64,000 bases of DNA from Haplodiscus bocki (Eukaryota): NCBI GenBank assembly GCA_965655095.1, contig OZ296648.1, forward strand, positions 54,374,001-54,438,000. The letters run 5' to 3'. The translations under genes and the position numbers were made by a program. Below, one piece after another: positions 1 to 11,389 of this stretch; position 1 is the first letter of the stretch; each line of letters starts with the position of its first letter. The notes under the pieces were generated by a model that saw only the letters and a program-made list of their open reading frames with translations, was not told the origin of the DNA and searched no databases.

Positions 1-137
1 TCCTGGTTGGTCTGCGTTCTCTGAAGTCACAAAAATGAAGGTATGTTAGGATTACGAACTAGCGCAAAAATTTTCCTGAACATACTCCAAGAAACCTGCA
101 CTACAAGCGTTCGCAAATTATAATCATCGTTGTGAAA
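1..137 (-). pseudogene. Adenain-type protease pseudogene, copy 1 (5' part only, cut by window edge)
   Basis: Same sequence as the 5' part of copy 2 (..FVTSENADQPG). Confidence 0.7.
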
Positions 138-169
138 CGATTCTCGTCGGTCAGCTTCGAAAATTAATT

Positions 170-1385
170 TTAAAACAGAAAAAGACTCTTTGAGACTCTT
201 TGGTTGGAATAAAAAAAATCATTGAAGCATTTTTTTTAACAAGAAAAACCACTCAGGTATTGAATGCCAAAACCTTCTGAAAGAGCAATCTGAAATTGAT
301 GCGTCGGTAAACTCGTGATTGGGTAATCTTGTGATGCTTGCTGAGTACTGATAAGAAACAACACCAGCAGAAAAAGATTTGAATAATCGCAAAAAGCAAT
401 GCAATGACCATGATTCCCGGACGAAAGAGCTTCTAGAGTATTCAAGTAGATCTTTTCGTCCGTAAGCATTGTCAGCGGTTTACCAACGAAAGGGTACTCA
501 TTACTAAAAACGGTGGCACTGTTCAACCCAAACTTTTGGCAGTGAAATTGCGTCGTTCGTTTAGCGCGGAGGAATCCAATGATTTTTGTCATTGAGAGAA
601 CTAATTTTCTTATAGGCTGTTCCGTGAAAATGTGTTTTTGGTAACAATTATGTGCATTAGAAGAAAGTAAAAAAGCTTTTGGTATTGTTTCAGTTTAACT
701 ACACAATGCTGGCATCTTGGTAAGCGTAGTCTCAACGGAAATGTGCACAATGTCTGCAACTATCGCTTTGCCCAAATACTAATTTGCTAAGGTATTGCCA
801 AGTTTGTTATTTTCTGCTTCATTGTCAAAAAGCAAGGCGATTCCCGGCCTGAGGCTCTGAAAGGAAATTCGCAAAGCAACTCCACTCTAGATGTTTGTTC
901 CAGCAAAAACATCTACAAATTTTTGAACGAAAATCAGCACTGATAAACTGTTGCTTTCCGTATGAAAGGTGATTCTGTGAAAAAATTGGTTCCGATTCCT
1001 AAGAATTTCCCTTTGGTTCCCTAAAAGTTTCTTTGTGTTCCTGGTTGTGAAAACTGCTGTTTCAGTAAAAACCTTGTTTGTTTAGTTTCCGTAAGCAGAG
1101 GAAGATTTCATCCCACTTGCCCTTATAATGCAACGACAAAAAAAACAACAAATGGAGCGCGCTCGTCGAATATTCTGGCGAAATGCTGTTGGCAGGAGTT
1201 GTGGCGTTGTAAGCGGGGTCTATTCCATCTGGTTTGACGCTTTATATTCTAGTTCCAGGTCAAGGTTTTTTAGATCAATAGAATTGGTTCAATCGGCTGC
1301 AACTCTGAACTCCAGTGTTAGACAATTGGAATATGAAGGGGGCCAAACTTTTGCTCGAAGGATGTATCCAAAGCGATCAGTAGAA
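170..1385 (-). pseudogene. Polinton-type major capsid protein pseudogene, copy 1 (5'-truncated)
   Basis: Frameshift-stitched translation LIALDTSFEQKFGP..TLEFRVAAD.TNSIDLKNL..ETIPKAFLLSS..PIRKLVLSMTK..TTQFHCQKFGLNSATVFSNEYPFVGKPL..IYLNTLEALSSGNHGH..LLVLFLISTQQASQDY..EFTDASIS. This follows the Polinton double-jelly-roll MCP pattern (EF.V..D..FIDL..Y; NPF.FQ.F.L; FDLT). Many stops and indels. Confidence 0.85.
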
Positions 1386-1650
1386 AAACTGCTTCCCGTG
1401 CTCCATTTCGACGATGAACAAGGCTGATTTGCTGTAAATAATTGACAGATGTGCGTCGATATGCGTTAACACAACCAAACAATGGATGAGCGAGAGACTC
1501 CAACTGAAAGTAGATCACTATGGGAAAAAACCAAGGTGATGCTATTCTTTAAATTCGACTTCAAGCAAAGTGAAAAGTTGCGACACAAGAATGTACCGGA
1601 GGATATTGCGATACCCTTTTCTATGAGACAAGAATGAGTAGAACCGCAGA

Positions 1651-2385
1651 TTAAATAAAATGAAACTCTTGGCTATCGTCCACTGGCAATAAGTCCACGT
1701 CGATATCGCTCTCGGCCTGCTTCAATACTCATGGGTACAAAACATTTATCAAGGCAGCGGAAAACGTTTTGTTTGGTAAATTGGTGTTTCCAAGCGTGGC
1801 CGAAATTCAACGGCAGTGAAACTTTCCGTTCATATAATGCGCTAGGACATTGCGATTCGGACATGTGTGGGAGTTTGATAGATTTCGCTGACTGTCGCAG
1901 CAGGCGACAAAGAGCAGGGGTCCTGAAGAATACGTATGTTTTATAGTAAATATGAGGAGTCCATATTGGTGACTTTGGTAGAAATGACGATCCACATATC
2001 GGTTCAAATGTAACAAATCTAACATCAATCTATTAAGTGGTCCAATAACCAACAAATTCGGGACGCTCCGAAAACGTGTAGGCTAATGGAAAAATTGGCA
2101 ACGATTGCGATAAATTTGAATGTGAGACCCTAGCTCCATAAACGGTTTGCATGTGCTATCGTCGAAAAAAAGGTGCTTTTTTTGTTTATATGGCGTGATA
2201 ACATCAACTTTTGCCACACATTTTAATTTCCGAGCAGTTTAATTTACTTTCTCCGTAACCAAGCTAAGGAGACGAGAGCTTAAACCCAAATTAAAAGGAA
2301 GCAAAACTCGTTGTTGCTTAAATCTTGTCATTTGTTTAATTTTCTCGAACAATATTTCTAATTGGACCGACTCTAGTTGCTTCAT
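1651..2385 (-). pseudogene. Uncharacterised Polinton gene C pseudogene (representative; one copy per unit)
   Basis: Stitched across copies: MKQLESVQLEILFEKIKQMTRFNQQRVLLPLNLDLRSPFVSLVTEKVNY..KLKCVAKVDVITPY..PKFPLAYTFSERPEFVGYWTTY..SSFLPKSPIWTPHIYYKTYVFFRTPALCRLLRQSAK..ALYERKVSLPLDFG..ALINVLYP, then an acidic tail. The ATG lies 4 nt after the gene B stop. Confidence 0.55.
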
Positions 2386-2389
2386 TGTC

Positions 2390-3146
2390 CTATTGCTTGA
2401 CCGAACCCTCGCCGTACCAAAGTTTCAATAGAAATAGGTTTCCACTGGCATAGACAGCTCCGAAAACTGTATCAAAGTCAGATTAAAAGGATTAGTTCTG
2501 TTCGAATGCGTAATTGACTTTAGAAAATGATATTCTTTCCCCCGCTTTGTTTACGTTTGAGATTTGATACCGTGCTGTATCAACAACCACCTGTACCTGC
2601 CTCAGTTCAGTCATCTCCACTATCTCTATGTTTCCAGTCTTAACTTTTAGCCATCTAAAAACTAAATCAAATATGTGAAGTTTACGTCAAATATGGCCTT
2701 GAGCCATACTCAAACTGGAACATCCACATGTGTCCGACTGATCAAATTTTCTTCTGAGGCCCGCTTTCACTCAGACTTGTTCGGAACACCTTCTGTAGAA
2801 TCAAAGTCAAACACGCGAATACCGTTCATTTGTGCTAGGAAGCTGCATCGGAAGCAAAGAGGACGGAATTAGGAAATTGGCCGACTTTACATCATTTACA
2901 AGACTTTATGGTGAGAAGGGGCAAAGTCAAAACATTAAAAATCAAGCGGATTTCTCACAACTTTAGAACATTTCTACGTGGACGCATATGCAAATTGCGT
3001 TTGTAATCTGAATCAAGTTTACTAATATTCCTATTCTTCTTTCTAAATGTATACTTTAAAGTGCAACAGAGGCTTTTGCTTCCACAAAGTGTTTTGAACA
3101 AAAGATTTTTCAGAAAGGTTATTCAAAAGATTGAAAATTAGAGAAT
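2390..3146 (-). pseudogene. Uncharacterised Polinton gene B pseudogene (representative; one copy per unit)
   Basis: Stitched: ..IFACLTLILQK..SLSESGPQ.KI.SVGH.WMFQFEYGS.PY.TQT..LDFRRLT..TGNIEIVEMTELRQVEVVV..VGAVYASGNLFLMKLWYGKSSVKQ*. Packed between the protease and gene C; could be two genes. Confidence 0.5.
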
Positions 3147-3159
3147 AAACAGAAATCAA

Positions 3160-3558
3160 CTTAAATATTTGCGAAAAAGGAACTCTTCTTCAATAAAAAA
3201 TGGGACACAAATACAGTCTAAACACATATTGCGCAATCAAAATGAAAAAAAAAGTTCACATAAATGGGAAGATAAATATTGCAATGAATCTTTCATGGGT
3301 TAGGACACTTCAAGTCGACAAAAGAAAGACGATTGCAAACTTCTTCCCATAGTGTAATTGGTAATTCAAGTAGGTCCCAGATAGGTATTTGTATTGTCGG
3401 TTGCACAGAAGTAGCCGATGACGTCCTGGTTGGTCTGCGTTCTCTGAAGTCACAAAAATGAAGGTGTTAGGAATACGAACTACCGCAAAAATTTTCCTGA
3501 ACGTACTCCAAGAAACCTGCACTACAAGCGTTCGCAAATGATAATCATCGTTGTCAAA
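3160..3558 (-). pseudogene. Adenain-type (C5-like) cysteine protease pseudogene, copy 2
   Basis: Stitched across copies: DNDD..KFLGV...NFPL..PNTFIIVTSDKADQPGSH[R]LLLCN.NNKYLFG/DLLVLPITLCKHVCDRL..MKEPLQKVSSHLCGLFCFY/IAHYVF. His, Asp, oxyanion Gln and Cys occur in adenain order over ~130 aa, directly downstream of MCP. Confidence 0.82.
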
Positions 3559-3590
3559 CGATTCTCGTCGGGCAGCTTCGAAAATTAATT

Positions 3591-4818
3591 TTAAAACAGA
3601 ACAAGACTTTCTTTGAGACTCTTTGGTTGGAATCAAAAAAATCATTGAAGCATTTTTTTAACAAAGAAAACCACTCAGGTATTGAATGCGAAAACCTTCT
3701 GAAAAAGCGATCTGAAACTGATGCGTCGGTAAACTCGTGATTGGGTAATCTTGTGATGCTTGCTGAGTACTGATAAGAAACAACACCAGCACAAAAAGAT
3801 TTGAATAAACGCAAAAAGCAATGCGATGGCCATGATTCCCAGACGAAAGAGCTTCTAGAGTATTCAAGTAGATCTTTTCGTCCGTATGCCTTGTCAGCGG
3901 TTTACCAGCGATAGGGTACTCATTACTAAAAACGGTGGCACTGCTCAACCCAAACTTTTGGCACTGAAATTGGGTCGTTCGTTTAGCGCGGAGGAATCCA
4001 AAGATTTTTGTCATTGAGAGAACTAATTTTCTTATAGGCTGTTCCTTGAAAATGTCTTCGTGGTCCCAATTATGTGCATTAGAAAGTAAAAAAGCTTTTA
4101 GTTTTGTTTCAGTTTAACTACACAATGCTGGCATCTTGGTAAGCGTAGTCTCAACGGAAATGTGAACAATCTCTGCAACTATCGCTTTGCCCAAATACTA
4201 ATTTGCTAAGGTATTGCCAAGTTTGTTATTTTCTGCTTCATTGTCATAAAGCAAGGTGATTCCCGGCCTGAGGCTCTGGAAGGAAATTCGCAAAGCAACT
4301 CCACTCTAGATGTTTGTTCCCGAAAAAAACAACTCCTACAAATTTTTGAACGACAATCAGCACTGATGAACTGTTGCTTTCCGTCTCTTTCTGTATGAAA
4401 GGTGATTCTGTGAAAAAAATGGTTCCGATTCCTCAGAATTTCCCTTTGATTCCCTAAAAGTTTCTTTGTATTCCTGGTTGTGAAAACTGCTGTTTCAGTA
4501 AAAACCTTGTTTGTTTAATTTCCGTATGCAGAGGAAGATTTTATCCCACTTGCCCTTATAATGCAATGACAAAAAAACAACGAATGGAGCGCGTTTGTCG
4601 AATAATCTGGCGAAATGCTGTTGGCATGAGTTGTAGCGTTGTAAGCCGAGTCTGTTCCATCTGGTTTGGCACTTTTATATTTTAGTTCCAGGTAAAGGTT
4701 TTTTAGATCAATAAAATTGGTTCAATCGGCTGCAACTCTGAACTCCAGTGTTCGACAGTTGGAATATGAAGGGGGCCAAACTTTTGCTCGAAGGATGTAT
4801 CCAAAGCGATCAGTAGAA
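3591..4818 (-). pseudogene. Major capsid protein pseudogene, copy 2
   Basis: Paralog of copy 1; ORF fragments 3658-4014 and 4703-4951. Confidence 0.85.
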
Positions 4819-6445
4819 AAACTGCTTCCCCTGCTCCACTCCGACGATGAACAAGGCTGATTTGCTGTAAATAATTGACAGATGCGCGTCGATATGCGTT
4901 AACACAACCAAACAATGGATGAGCGAGAGACTCCAACTGAAAGTAGATCACTATGGGAGAAAACCAAGGTGATGCTATTGTTCAAATTCGACTTCAAGCA
5001 AAGTGAAAAGTTGCGACACAAGAATCTACCGGAGGATATTGCGGTACCCTTTTCCATGAGACAAGAATGAGGAGAACCGCAGATTAAATAAAATGAAACT
5101 CTTGGCTATCGTCCACTGGCAATAAATCCACGTCGATATCGCTCTCGGCCTGCTTCGATACTCATGGGTACAAAACATTTATCATTATCAATGCAGCGGA
5201 AAACGTTTTTTTTTGGTAAAATAGTGTTTGCAAGCGAGGCATTTGGCCGAAATCCAAAGGCAGTGAAACTTTCCGTTCATATAATGCGCTAGGACATTGC
5301 GAATCGGACATGTGTGGGAGTCTCATAGATTTCGATGACTGTCGCAGCAGGCGAAAAAGAGCAGGGGTCCTGAAAAATACGTATGTTTGATAGTAAATAT
5401 GAGGAGTCCATATTGGTGACTTTGGTAGAACTGATGATCCACATATCGGTTGAAATGTAACAAATCTAACATCAATCTAATAAGTGGTCCAATAACCAAC
5501 AAACTCGGGACGCTCCGAAAACGTGTAATTTACTTTCTCCGTAACCAAGCTAAGGAGAGGAGAGCTTAAACCCAAATTAAAAGGAAGCAAAACCCTTTGT
5601 TGCTTACATCATGTCATTTGTTTAATTTTCTCGAAAAATATTTTTAATTGGACCGACTCTAGTTGCTTCATTGTCCTATTGCTTGACCGAACTCTCGCCG
5701 TACCAAAGTTTCATTAGAAAAAGGCTTCCGCTGGCATAGACAGCTCCGATAATTGTATCAAAGTCAGAATGAAAGGATTAGTTCTCTTCGAATGCGTAAT
5801 TGACTTTAGAAAATGATATTCTTTCCCCCGCTTTGTTTACGTTTGAGATTTGATACCGTGCTGTATCAACAACCACCTCTACCTGCCTCAGTTTAGTCAT
5901 CTCCACTATCTCTATGTTTCCAGTCATAACTGTTAGCCTTCTAAAGTCTAAATCAAATATTTGAAGTTTGCGTCAAATATGGCAATGAGCCATACTCAAA
6001 CTGGAACATCCACATGTGTCCGACTGATCAAATTTTCCTCTGAGGCCCGCTTTCACTTAGACTTGTTCGGAACACCTTCTGTAGAATCAAAGTCAAACAC
6101 GCGAATACCGTTCATTTGTGCTTGGAGGCTGCATTGGAAGCTAGGAGGACGGAATTAGGAAATTGCCCGACTTCGCATCATTTGCAAGACTTTATGGTGA
6201 CAAGGGGCAAAGTCAAAACATTAAAAATCAAGCGGATTTCTCACAACTTTAGGACATTTCTATGTGGACGAATATGCAAATTGCGTTTGCAGTCTGAATC
6301 AAGTTTACTAATATTCCTATTCTTCTTTCTAAATGTATACTTTAAAGTTCAACCGAGGCTTTTGCTTCCACAAAGTGTTTTGAACAAAAGATTTTTCAGA
6401 AAGGTTAGTAAAAAGATTGAAAATTAGAGAATAAACAGAAATCAA

Positions 6446-6844
6446 CTTAAATATTTGCGAAAAAGGAACTCTTCTTCAATAAAAAATGGGACAGAAATAC
6501 AGTCTAAACACATATTGCGCAATGAAAATGAAAAAAAAAGTTCACATAAATGGGAAGATAAATATTGCAATGAATCTTTCATGGGTTAGGACACTTCAAG
6601 TCGACAAAAGAAAGACGATTGCAAACTTCTTCCCATAGTGTAATTGGTAATTCAAGTAGGTCCCAGATAGGTATTTGTATTGTCGGTTGCACAGAAGTAG
6701 CCGATGACGTCCTGGTTAGTCTGCGTTCTCTGAAGTCACAAAAATGAAGGTGTTAGGAATACGAACTACCGCAAAAATTTTCCTGAACGTACTCCAAGAA
6801 ACCTGCACTACAAGCGTTCGCAAATGATAATCAACGTTGTCAAA
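6446..6844 (-). pseudogene. Adenain-type protease pseudogene, copy 3
   Basis: Paralog of copy 2. Confidence 0.8.
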
Positions 6845-6876
6845 CGATTCTCGTCGGGCAGCTTCGAAAATTAATT

Positions 6877-8103
6877 TTAAAACAGAAAAAGACTTTCTTT
6901 GAGACTCTTTGGTTGGAAACAAAAAAATCATTGAAGCATTTTTCTAACAAGAAAAACCACTCAGGTATTGAATGCCAAAACCTTCTGAAAGCGCAAACTG
7001 AAATTGATGAGTCGGTAAACTCGTGATTGGGTAATCGTGTGATGCCTGCTGAGTACTGATAAGATCCAACACCAGCAGAAAAAGATTTGAATAATCGCAA
7101 TGAGCAATGCAATGACCATGATTCCGAGACGAAAAAGCTTCTAGAGTATTCAAGTAGATCTTTTCGTCCGTATGCAATGTCAGCGGTTTACCAGCGATAG
7201 GGTAGTCATTACTAAAACAGGTGGCACTGCTCAACCCAAATTTTTGGCAGCGAAATTGGTTCGTTCGTTTAGCGCGGAGGAATCCAATGATTTTTGTCAT
7301 TGAGAGAACTAATTTTCTTATAGGCTGTTCCTTGAAAATGTCTTCTTGGTGCCAATTATGTGCATTAGAAAGTAAAAAAGCTTTTAGTGTTGTTTCAGTT
7401 TAACTACACAATGCTGGCATCTTGGTAAGCGTAGTCTCAACGGAAATGTGAACAATCTCTGCAACTATCGCTTTGCCCAAATACTAATTTGCTAAGGTAT
7501 TGCCAAGTTTGTTATTTTCTGCTTCATTGTCATAAAGCAAGGTGATTCCCGGCCTGAGGCTTGTGAAGGAAATTCGCAAAGCAACTCCACTCTAGATGTT
7601 TGTTCCCGAAAAAAATATCTCCTACAAATTTTTAAACGACAATCAGCACTGATGAACTGTTGCTTTCCGTCTCCTTCTGTATGAAAGGTGATTCTGTGAA
7701 AAAATTGGTTCCGATTCGTGAGAAATTCCCTTTGGTTCCCCAAAAGTTTCTTTGTGTTCCTGAATGTGAAAACTGCTGTTTCAGTAAAAACCTTGTTTGT
7801 TTAATTTCCGTATGCAGAGGAAGATTTTATCCCACTAGCCCTTATAATGCAACGACAAAAAACAACAAATGGAGCGCCTTTGTCGAATATTCTGGCGAAA
7901 TGCTGTTGGCATGAGTTGTAGCGTTGTAAGCCGAGTCTATTCCATCTGGTTTGGCGCTTTTATATCTTAGTTCCAGGTCAAGGTTTTTTAGATCAAAAAA
8001 ATTGGTTCAATCGGCTGCAACTCTGAACTCCAGTGTTAGACAAGTGGAAAATGAAGGGGGCCAAACTTTTGCTCGAAGGATGTATCCAAAGCGATCAGTA
8101 GAA
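6877..8103 (-). pseudogene. Major capsid protein pseudogene, copy 3
   Basis: Fragment 6944-7300 (..LLVLDLISTQQASHDY). Confidence 0.85.
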
Positions 8104-9731
8104 AAACTGCTTCCCGTGCTCCATTCCGACGATGAACAAGGCTGATTTGCAGTAAATAATTGACAGATGTGCGTCGATATGCGTTAACACAACCAAACAA
8201 TGGATGAGCGAGAGACTCCAACTGAAAGTAGATCACTATGGGAGAAAACCAAGGTGATGCTATTGTTTAAATTCAACTTCAAGCAAAGTGAAAAGTTGCG
8301 ACACAAGAACCTACCGAAGAACTTTTCGGTACCTATTTCTATGAGACAAAAATGCGAACCGTGGATTAAATATAAAGAAACTCTTGGCTATCGTCCACTG
8401 GCAATAAATCCACGTCGATATCGCTCTCGGCCTGCTTCGATACTCATGGGTACAAAACATTTATCATTATCAATGCAGCGGAAAACGTTTTTTTTTTTTG
8501 GTAAAATAGTGTTTGCAAGCGAGGCAATTGGCCGAAATCCAAAGGCAGTGAAAATTTCCGTTCATATGATGCACTAGGACATTGCGAATCGGACATGTGT
8601 GGGAGTCTGATAGATTTCGATGACTGTCGCAGCAGGTGACAAAGAGCAGGGGTCCTGAAAAAAACCGTATGTTTTATAGTAAATATGAGGAGTCCATATT
8701 GGTGACTTTGGTAGAACTGATGATCCACATATCGGTTGAAATGTAACAAATCTAACATCAATCTAATAAGTGGTCCAATAACCAACAAACTCGGGACGCT
8801 CCGAAAACGTGTAATTTACTTTCTCCGTAACCAAGCTAAGGAGAGGAGAGCTTAAACCCAAATTAAAAGGAAGCAAAACCCTTTGTTGCTTAAATCTTGT
8901 CATTTGTTTAATTTTCCCGAAAAATATTTTTAATTGGACCGACTCTAGTTGCTTCATTGTTCTATTGCTTGACCGAACTCTCGCCGTACCAAAGTTTCAT
9001 TAGAAAAAGGCTTCCGCTGGCATAGACAGCTCCGATAATTGTATCAAAGTCAGAATGAAAGGATTAGTTCTCTTCGAATGCGTAATTGACTTTAGAAAAT
9101 GATATTCTTTCCCCCGCTTTGTTTACGTTTGAGATTTGATACCGTGCTGTATCAACAACCACCTCTACCTGCCTCAGTTTAGTCATCTCCACTATCTCTA
9201 TGTTTCCAGTCATAACTGTTAGCCTTCTAAAGTCTAAATCAAATATTTGAAGTTTGCGTCAAATATGGCAATGAGCCATACTCAAACTGGAACATCCACA
9301 TGTGTCCGACTGATCAAATTTTCCTCTGAGGCCCGCTTTCACTTAGACTTGTTCGGAACACCTTCTGTAGAATCAAAGTCAAACACGCGAATACCGTTCA
9401 TTTGTGCTTGGAGGCTGCATTGGAAGCAAGGAGGACGGAATTAGGAAATTGCCCGACTTCGCATCATTTGCAAGACTTTATGGTGACAAGGGGCAAAGTC
9501 AAAACATTAAAAATCAAGCGGATTTCTCACAACTTTAGGACATTTCTATGTGGACGAATATGCAAATTGCGTTTGCAATCTGAATCAAGTTTACTAATAT
9601 TCCTATTCTTCTTTCTAAATGTATACTTTAAAGTTCAACCGAGGCTTTTGCTTCCACAAAGTGTTTTGAACAAAAGATTTTTCAGAAAGGTTAGTAAAAA
9701 GATTGAAAATTAGAGAATAAACAGAAATCAA

Positions 9732-10130
9732 CTTAAATATTTGCGAAAAAGGAACTCTTCTTCAATAAAAAATGGGACAGAAATACAGTCTAAACACATA
9801 TTGCGCAATGATAATGAAAAAAAAAGTTCACATAAATGGGAAGATAAATATTGCAATGAATCTTTCATGGGTTAGGACACTTCAAGTCGACAAAAGAAAG
9901 ACGATTGCAAACTTCTTCCCATAGTGTAATTGGTAATTCAAGTAGGTCCCAGATAGGTATTTGTATTGTCGGTTGCACAGAAGTAGCCGATGACGTCCTG
10001 GTTAGTCTGCGTTCTCTGAAGTCACAAAAATGAAGGTGTTAGGATTACGAACTACCGCAAAAATTTTCCTGAACGTACTCCAAGAAACCTGCACTACAAG
10101 CGTTCGCAAATGATAATCAACGATGTTAAA
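9732..10130 (-). pseudogene. Adenain-type protease pseudogene, copy 4
   Basis: Near-identical to copy 3 at +3286. Confidence 0.8.
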
Positions 10131-10162
10131 CGATTCTCGTCGGGCAGCTTCGAAAATTAATT

Positions 10163-11389
10163 TTAAAACAGAAAAAGACTTTCTTTGAGACTCTTTGGTT
10201 GGAAACAATAAAATCATCGAAGCATTTTTCTAACAAGAAAAACCACTCAGGTATTGAATGCCAAAACCTTCTGAAAGCGCAAACTGAAATTGATGAGTCG
10301 GTAAACTCGTGATTGGGTAATCGTGTGATGCCTGCTGAGTACTGATAAGATCCAACACCAGCAGAAAAAGATTTGAATAATCGCAATGAGCAATGCAATG
10401 ACCATGATTCCCAGACAAAAAAGCTTCTAGAGTATTCAAGTAGATCTTTTCGTCCGTATGCAATGTCAGCGGTTTACCAGCGATAGGGTAGTCATTACTA
10501 AAACCGGTGGCACTGCTCAACCCAAATTTTTGGCAGCGAAATTGGGTCGTTCGTTTAGCGCGGAGGAATCCAATGATTTTTGTCATTGAGAGAACTAATT
10601 TTCTTATAGGCTGTTCCTTGAAAATGTCTTCCTAGTGCCAATTATGTGCATTAGAAAGTAAAAAAGCTTTTAGTTTTCTTTCAGTTTAACTACACAATGC
10701 TGGCATCTTGGTAAGCGTAGTCTCAACGGAAATGTGAACAATGTCTGCAACTATCGCTTTGCCCAAATACTAATTTGCTAAGGTATTGCAAAGTTTTTAT
10801 TTTCTGCTTCACTGTCACAAATCAAGGTGATTCCCGGCCTGAGGCTCTGAAAGGATATTCGCGAAGCAACTCCACTCTAGATGTTTGTTCCTGAAAAAAC
10901 ATCTTCCACAAATTTTTGAACGAAAATCAGCACTGATGAACTGTTGCTTTCCGTCTCTTTCTGTATGAAAGGTGATTCTATGAAAAAAAATGGTTCCGAT
11001 TCCTCAGAATTTCCCTTTGATTCCCTAAAAGTTTCTTTGTATTCCTGGTTGTGAAAACTGCTGTTTCAGTGAAAACCTTGTTTGTTTAATTTCCGTATGC
11101 AGAGGAAGATTTTATCCCACTTGCCCTTATAATGCAATGACAAAAAAACAACGAATGGAGCGCGTTTGTCGAATAATCTGGCGAAATGCTGTTGGCATGA
11201 GTTGTAGCGTTGTAAGCCGAGTCTGTTCCATCTGGTTTGGCACTTTTATATTTTAGTTCCAGGTAAAAGTTTTTTAGATCAAAAAAATTGGTTCAATCGG
11301 CTGCAACTCTGAACTCCAGTGTTCGACAGTTGGAATATGAAGGGGGCCAAACTTTTGCTCGAAGGATGTATCCAAAGCGATCAGTAGAA
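10163..11389 (-). pseudogene. Major capsid protein pseudogene, copy 4
   Basis: Fragments 10230-10586 and 11274-11507. Confidence 0.85.

Noticed and set aside
6116-6427. Plus-strand ORFs over gene B (103 aa here; 65-81 aa MKFASNM../MALSHTQ.. elsewhere)
   Set aside because: Antisense to the gene B remnant, often with non-ATG starts and variable length; recurrence reflects DNA-level repetition only.
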